Part shown: piece by piece, positions 57,439 to 64,000 of the stretch
How the letters are laid out: every line of letters begins with the position of its first letter
Position numbering within the stretch: the first letter of the stretch is position 1
Assembly: GCA_020536535.1 (NCBI GenBank)
Contig: JAHLWZ010000702.1
Location: forward strand, 80,772 to 144,771
Source: Pelomyxa schiedti
Taxonomy: Eukaryota > Protista > Evosea
Length of the DNA stretch: 64,000 bases
Direction: 5' to 3'
Position numbers and translations under genes: made by a program
The notes under the pieces: generated by a model
Databases searched by the model: none
The model's input: only the letters and a program-made list of their open reading frames with translations
Told to the model about the DNA's origin: nothing

Positions 57439-60400
57439 ATGCAGATCTGGACCTTGTACGTAACACAAAGCCAACAAACAGCGCAGCATAACTGCATTCT
57501 ACTCTGAATTTATATTCAACATAGGTTGTATGTGGCCGCGACGCTGGTCGCCTTGGTTACCGCAAATACGTGCACAGATGCTACTAACACAATTTCTACT
57601 TTCCCGTATTCCACTGTCGGTGACACATCAAGCCAGGCCGAGGCCCCCATCTCCTGTAACCTGATGACCACCGATGGATACGAGAAGGGTTAGCTCCTAC
57701 CACTCTTTCACGAATGAGTATTTAAAAAACCCAGGTTACTTCTATCGCATCTACAGCGTCACCAACAAAGTCGTCATTATTAGCACCTGCGCGGCCAATA
57801 CCAACTTTGATACAGCTTTGGTGGTCTTTACTTCTTGCCAAAACGGGATTGCAACCAACTGCGTTGCTTTCAATGACGATGCCTGCGGGGCTGGGAAGTC
57901 CACAATTGAGTTGACGATGGCCAAGGGAACGTACTATTACGTTTTCGTTACTGGGTTTTCTGGTCAGGAAGGGACTTACCAGCTTGAAATTTACGAGAGT
58001 AAATTCCGTGCATCTTGGCTCAGTAGTCTCACTGTTCCCTAGGTGTTACTACGGCAAACACAAATTGCTCTGGTGCTATTACAATCGATAATTCGGTTCT
58101 TCCTTATGTAGCGGGTGGGTCCACTGTTGGTCTTCCTTCTGTTTACAGTGCTTGTTCCTCTGCTTCTCTGGGAGGTAATACTCTTCTTTCCATTTCCATC
58201 TTTGACTATCGTAGGACTGTGGTACAAAATTGCGGGAACTGCCATGAATTTAATGGCCAACACCTGCGATGACAGCGTCGACTTCGACACGGTAATCGAG
58301 GTGTATTCCGGTTGTAGTGCAGGCGTTGCCTCAGGCTGTATTGGTTCTGTATGTCCTTCAAGCGACCTGGTTTGAGCACTAAACGCCCTCCAGAACGACG
58401 ATTTCTGTGACGAATCATCTCAATTTACTTGGGAATCCCAAGTAACTGCAACTTACTATATTTTTGTTACTGGCTATGAGGGCCACCGAGGCAGTTTTGT
58501 ATTGACTGTTGACGAAGGTTTTATGTTTTCCCGTTTAAACTGCATTGATTGATTACTAGTTGCCGATAAACCCCATGCCGATTGTACGTACGCAATTGAA
58601 ATCCCGAGAGTTCCCTGGGCTTACAGTGATTCAACCTCCGGTGTACCTGCAAGCTACAGTTCTTGCTTACTGGAAAACAAGAGATGTATATTTTACTCCT
58701 TGTAGAATAGATAAATGAACACATGTTCAGCTCTGTGGTTCGTGGTGGAAGGAAATGGCAACGTTCTTATTGCTACAACTTGCTACGAGAATAACGTGGT
58801 GCGTCTTATTTTCCCCAGTCTTTTTATACTAATCCTTCCAGGGACACGACACAGTGATAGAAATATACGATAACTGCGAGAATCACAATGAAACTGGTTG
58901 CGTTAACTACAACGACGACTATTGTGGTCTTTACTCTCAAGTACCATCACCCTTACAGGCCTTTTCTTACATTACGTAGGCTACCTGGAGTACCGCTCCT
59001 GGAAGGGAGTACTGGATAGCCGTTTCTGGGTATCGCGCTGATATTTCGGGAGTCAATTTCACCCTGACACTCGCAAATCGTAAACTTTGGTTGTTTCACC
59101 GATTTTCTTACCTTAAGCACAGAACAAACTGTCTCCAATGACGAGTGCTGGTTCGCACAAACCATTACACTGCCTTCAGACTACTCTCAAACCACAACCA
59201 ACTCCGATTGGTCCTACGGTGACTGCAATGCCGCCTCATCCCAACGGAAGGGTTGTTTTATGATTTTTTATCCAGTAGACCTAACAATTAACAGGACGGT
59301 GGTTTCAGTATGCCCCCGAGGACACAGTTCAAGTTACCGCAACAACTTGTTCAAACCTCACTACTGCATCAGGACTTACTATTGAAGTTTACTCTTCTTG
59401 TACTTTAATTAGCTGTGCTGCACAGAGGTACTCCCCTATTAGCGAAATGAGTTAATTTGTGGGTAGCTCGACTGTTTGTGGAGATAAGGCTTCAGTAACG
59501 TGGTCTGCCCTAAAAGGCCGCCAGTACATGATTTTTGTGGTCACCCCTGTTGGTGGAGATCCCGGCTTCTTCCATATTCAGTTCTACAACTGTACGTTTC
59601 AAAATAGCTTACTGGCCTAACCCACTCTTTTAGCACAACCTGTGAACCACAGCACTTGCGAGAATGCTCTTGCCTTGAAATCTGTGCCCTACACAGGCAC
59701 CGGCGACACACTCAGCACTATCCACGCCTACGATAGGTGCCTCCAGCAACAGAAACAAGGCAAGTGATACCCTTCAAACATCGCCACTTACCCCGAGGCA
59801 GGAGTCTGGTACACGGTGGTTGGCACCGGTAACAAGATGCGCGCCGATACATGCGGTGGTTACACAGACTTCGACACAATTATCGAAGTTTATTCCGGCT
59901 GTGGCCCCAACGCCTGCATGAATTACAATGATGATACAACATCTTGTGGCCGTGCGTCAATGGTAGAATTTAATACTGACCTGGGAGCCACTTACTACAT
60001 ATTCATTACTGGTTTTGGAGACACCACCGGAGTTTTCAGCCTCAACGTTTTCGATGGTGTGTCTTTCGGTAGGCTTTGTAATTTTATCTTATACACATCT
60101 AGTTGGTGCTCCTTCCAATTCTCTGTGCACGACCCCCTACGAGATTGTGGGTGACGTGCAAACTGTGTGGGACTATACTTATTACGCTACTCCCTCCACC
60201 GGGGATTGTACGAGTTCGGCGACAGGCAAAGGTTTTCCACTCTTGTCCTTTTCTACGGATAATTTCTTGCAGGGTTGTGGTATCGCGTTTCTGGAGACAA
60301 CCAGTACATTGACATCTCCACATGCTCAAGTGACAACTTAATTGACACCAACATCCAAGTCTTCACTGGTTGCAGTAACGGTGCTGGAACTGGGTGCAAT

Positions 60401-60788
60401 AACTCCCTCGTTCCAGATCACACATGCGGCCACGCCCACCTCATTATCACTTCACCCGAGAAAAAGGGCAAACCACAGTACTGGTATGTCTTTATCCAAG
60501 GCTCTAACACGGCGGAAGGCCTCATCTCCACCACTTTCACAAGAACAGCAATGCCTGGCTATGATTCCGACGATGACGAGGGGGTGTGTCCCTTTTCCTA
60601 AACAACCATAACCACTGATACATCATCACGAACAGCTCTCTGGAGGAGCAATTGCAGGAGTCATCTTTGGTGTGATGTTTGGAGTTGCAGCAATTGGTGC
60701 CGGCTGTGCCATTGGTTTCATGTGGTGGCAGAAGAGAGGAACGTACACACCCCTTGGCGGAACAGACGCAGTCGAACCCAAGAACTGA
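57439..60788 (+). CDS. type I surface protein with about 7 Cys-containing PPC-like beta-sandwich repeats
   Basis: Recurrent GxWY...TC...DFDTxIEVYSGC...NDDxC...YYIFVTGF..G.F.L; signal peptide; C-terminal TM GGAIAGVIFGV and YTPL tail. Confidence 0.8.
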
Positions 60789-60915
60789 GGTGTCAACCCT
60801 CCCCGCCTAAGATCCCGCCGCCCTTGCTCCCCTGGATTGTCGTTTCCTTTGTTGCCATTTGTTAGCCTAAAAACAAAAAATAAATCAAACATTTAACATA
60901 AAACACAAAGAAGAA

Positions 60916-62651
60916 ATGCCCTCGGGAACGTGGTTAGGTGCACCCCGGGGCAGGACTGTTGAGTTGTGTGTGAGCGTGGGGTGGGTTTGTTACACGTTGT
61001 ATGTGGCAGTCGGGATGTGGATGTCGTGCAGCGGGGAGGTGGAGGGAACGTGGGGGTCGCGGCACCTGGGGCTGCGGCGCGGGTGGGTGCCCAGCGGGTC
61101 TGGGGGGGCTCGGCTCGTGGACGCGAGTGACGCGCAGTGGAGGGTGCTGAGGGGGTTCCTGCCTGCAATAGCGTGTGGGGGTGCCTGCTGGGGTTTGTTA
61201 GGGGCCGTGTTGCGCAGGATGGGTGCTGGAGTGTCGGCGCGCCTGGCTTTTTATTGTCTGAGGTTGTATTTATGTTCTTTTTTTTTTTCTTGTTCTTTTT
61301 CTTGTTTTGGTACTCACCTAAAAAGTGCAGGGGCTTTACTGTGGTTTTTGCATGAGAGGGCAGCTGTATTTCCTATTGCTTTTGCTGTAATTGGATTTCT
61401 GTTGGGTAGGCTGTTTGCTGGCAAGAAGTGGGCGCCAGTATTGTTTTGGTTGTATCATCTATCAGTGGTAATTTTGACAGACTACTATGGTGGCTTCTCG
61501 TACAGCACTCTATGGCTGGTGAGAATCTTTAAACCTGGTGGTGGGCTCCTTCGGTGGCATGTTACCTACAATCTCAGTATGCTTAGAGTACTTAGCTATG
61601 AGATGGACTGTCACTGGGCTCGCAATGCCCGCCCACCAACAACGTCAATTGCTGAAAAATCTGTCCTATTTCGTCAGCAAGAGACAAGCCATGCACTCAA
61701 AGAGTACCACAACTTGGCGGCGTATTTGGCATATATATTTTACCCCCCACTGTTCATAGCGGGGCCAATTCTGTCATTTAACGCATTTATTGCTCAATTA
61801 AAGGAACCACAAAGATCACTTTCGATGTGGTCAATCTTCAGAGGCATTTTTGCTGTGGGAGTTTACGCGATATTGTTTGATGCCTCTCTACACTATTTTT
61901 ACTTGTATCAAGCGAATAGCAGTAAGATGTAGTTTGTTATTTTAAATTTACATGTATAGGTGGAATGTGGACCCACTGGGGAGCAGCAGAGCGTATTGCT
62001 CTGTGCTACTATGTTCTAAACTTCATGTACATGAAATTTCTAATAATATGGCGCTTATTCCGACTCCTTGCTGCCCTTGACGGTTTCGACACAATAGAGA
62101 ACATGCCGCATTGCATCTCCAACAACAATACATTCACCGGGTTCTGGCGCTCCTGGCACACGAGCTTCAATGTATGGACCATTAGATACCTCTACATACC
62201 GCTTGGTGGATCTTCGACGCAGGGGCTCACCATCTGGCTGATATTCGCCTACATTGGCATTTGGCACGACACTGAGACAGTCTGGCTCGCCTGGGCACTG
62301 CTCAACTGCCTTGGGTTCAGCCTTGAGCTGCTGGCGTGGCAGTGGTTTGGCAAGAGCAATCACTGGCTATGGCTACGCCGCCACGCCACACTGTGGCGAC
62401 ACCTGCGGGCCGCTGCCAGCTTTGTGACTATATGGATGTTGTGCCTTGCCAACGCTGCCATCATCCACGGCTTCCGCAACACTTGGAATTTCATACAAGG
62501 AATTGTGTGGGCTGATGACACTGCTGTGGCGCTTTCCTTCACTTTCGTTTCGTTATATACAGCCTCCCTCATTCAAATATGGCTCAAGGAGGCGAATCAG
62601 ACACCAAACACAAAATCCCCTGAACAACACAACAAGATTCGTGTTTCGTAA
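60916..62651 (+). CDS. MBOAT acyltransferase, GUP1/HHAT-like
   Basis: YNLSMLRVLSYEMD, YPPLFIAGPILSFNAF, FWRSWHTSFN, YLYIPLGG, IWHD. Confidence 0.92.
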
Positions 62652-64000
62652 AAAGTTTGAAGGGAGGTTCTGGGCAGGCCAGTACTTTCGTTGCCTTGGC
62701 TTTTCCTCCGCGCCCCTGCGATTTTTAATTAGGCACCGGCTTGCGTTGGGACAGAGTAACCGGAGTTACGATGCATCATGGCTACATCATCAACGTACCA
62801 CTGGTGGCGCACGATGCAGAAGGCAACACCCTACAAAGTTTGAAGTGCTTTTGCTAGCATCGAATAACAAGGGGGCAGCGGTACTGGTGGCACTTCCCTC
62901 CATCAGCCAGGGTACATGCAAGAAGCTGGGATTTGTGATATGGCTCACAACAAAGAAGATCATTGGTGAGCTCAAAATGAAGTTTTATACCTAGCAGTGA
63001 TGTAACTAAACCAACAAAAAGGACCAGTGAATTTTATGATCTTCCCAAAGGGTTTTCTTTGTATATTATGACAATATATATCTTATTGTAGTGCTGTTGG
63101 AGGAAAGGCGTGTAGATATTATTTATTTTACCATAGTACTTCTAACATTTGATAGCCAAGAGAGCATGAATCTACTCATAGTTGCAAATGCTTACATCGG
63201 GGCCAATGGAGCTTTGTTTTTCCGGGTACTATGGACACCAATCTCTTCTGTGTATGGCTGCCTTTTATTTTCCTTCTGGTTATTTCCAAAGGTGCATTTC
63301 AATCACAAAGTTCATCGTGGTGCAGTTGTATTTAACTTAGTGGAATCGGAAGGTATGTGTGCTTGCATCTCTTCCAAACTAATTCTGTCAAGGCCGATAG
63401 CTTCTCCTGATTTTTCCTGGTTTATTCAACCGTATTGGTTTGAAATGTGCAGTACACACTAAAGGTCAACCACATGGGAAGGGAAGAAAGGAGAGGAAGG
63501 AAATCAACCCCCATTGGATTGACTTCGAATTTTCCGCACTTGTAGTGCCTAGTAACCTTTGACGCATTTCTTTGACTATTTCCTGCCACTTTTTGCTTCT
63601 GTAGGCAGTGTTTTGCTGGTGTGGGTACTGAAAAAATGGTATGTTGATGGTTGTTGTGTTGTTGTTTGTTTAGTTTTTGTTGTATTATTGCTGGTAGTTG
63701 GTGGGCTGTTGCTTGTCTGTTTTTATGGAAAAAAAAATACGTTGGCTACTAGAGAAATTTACCCAATCAGAGCAACTGTGGAATGATTTTTTCTTTTAGA
63801 ATTTTAGAATTTTGAGGTATGAGAGAGGGGCCAACTCGCGATTTTTGAAACTTTTTTTTCCCCCCTTAAACTTCGAAGGGGATAGGCTCCGCTCCCTGGG
63901 GACAGTTTCCAGGGGGAGGTTCCCAGTCGTCATCGCCTCGGAGAGCTCTACAAACTCATGTCCGCAAAAATGAAAAAAACCAATATAAACAGAGACTGAG

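Noticed and set aside
62700-64000. Possible minus-strand spliced gene or structured RNA near 63860-63960
   Set aside because: Splice-like sites exist, but I could not build a consistent frame or recognise an RNA motif
1-64000. Stop-codon reassignment or selenocysteine to explain fragmented ORFs
   Set aside because: Breaks that I examined are explained by short GT-AG introns under the standard code

Overview
Very compact, intron-rich eukaryotic DNA: about 27 protein-coding genes, many short (~30-50 nt) GT-AG introns, and intergenic gaps often under 200 bp. Gene content (PEX7, ROCO kinase, vWA-Vint, an expanded lineage-specific family, many bacterial-type enzymes carrying introns) suggests an amoebozoan, probably an anaerobic archamoeba such as Pelomyxa; this is an inference. 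Most ORF-track entries are exon fragments, so I rebuilt gene models by reading across splice sites. Ordinary genes: VPS9 GEF, BI-1, Wee1/Myt1 kinase, GH5 endoglycoceramidase, ROCO, DEAD-box helicase, PEX7, GUP1-like MBOAT. The most striking gene is ~6.4 kb long and fuses a SHOCT-like motif, a vWA domain, an uncharacterised domain and a near-complete eEF1A-like module whose catalytic His is replaced by Thr. Other unusual fusions: a zinc-less sirtuin with a YEATS-like domain, GNAT-GNAT-methyltransferase next to an alpha/beta hydrolase carrying a SAM-HAT C-terminal domain, RRM-TrmJ, FYVE-like hydrolase, and a CYLD lacking CAP-Gly domains. A 6-nt micro-exon encodes the catalytic Glu of the GH5 enzyme. 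I recognised no tRNA, rRNA, CRISPR array or transposon. Domain calls come from motif recognition by eye, not database searches.
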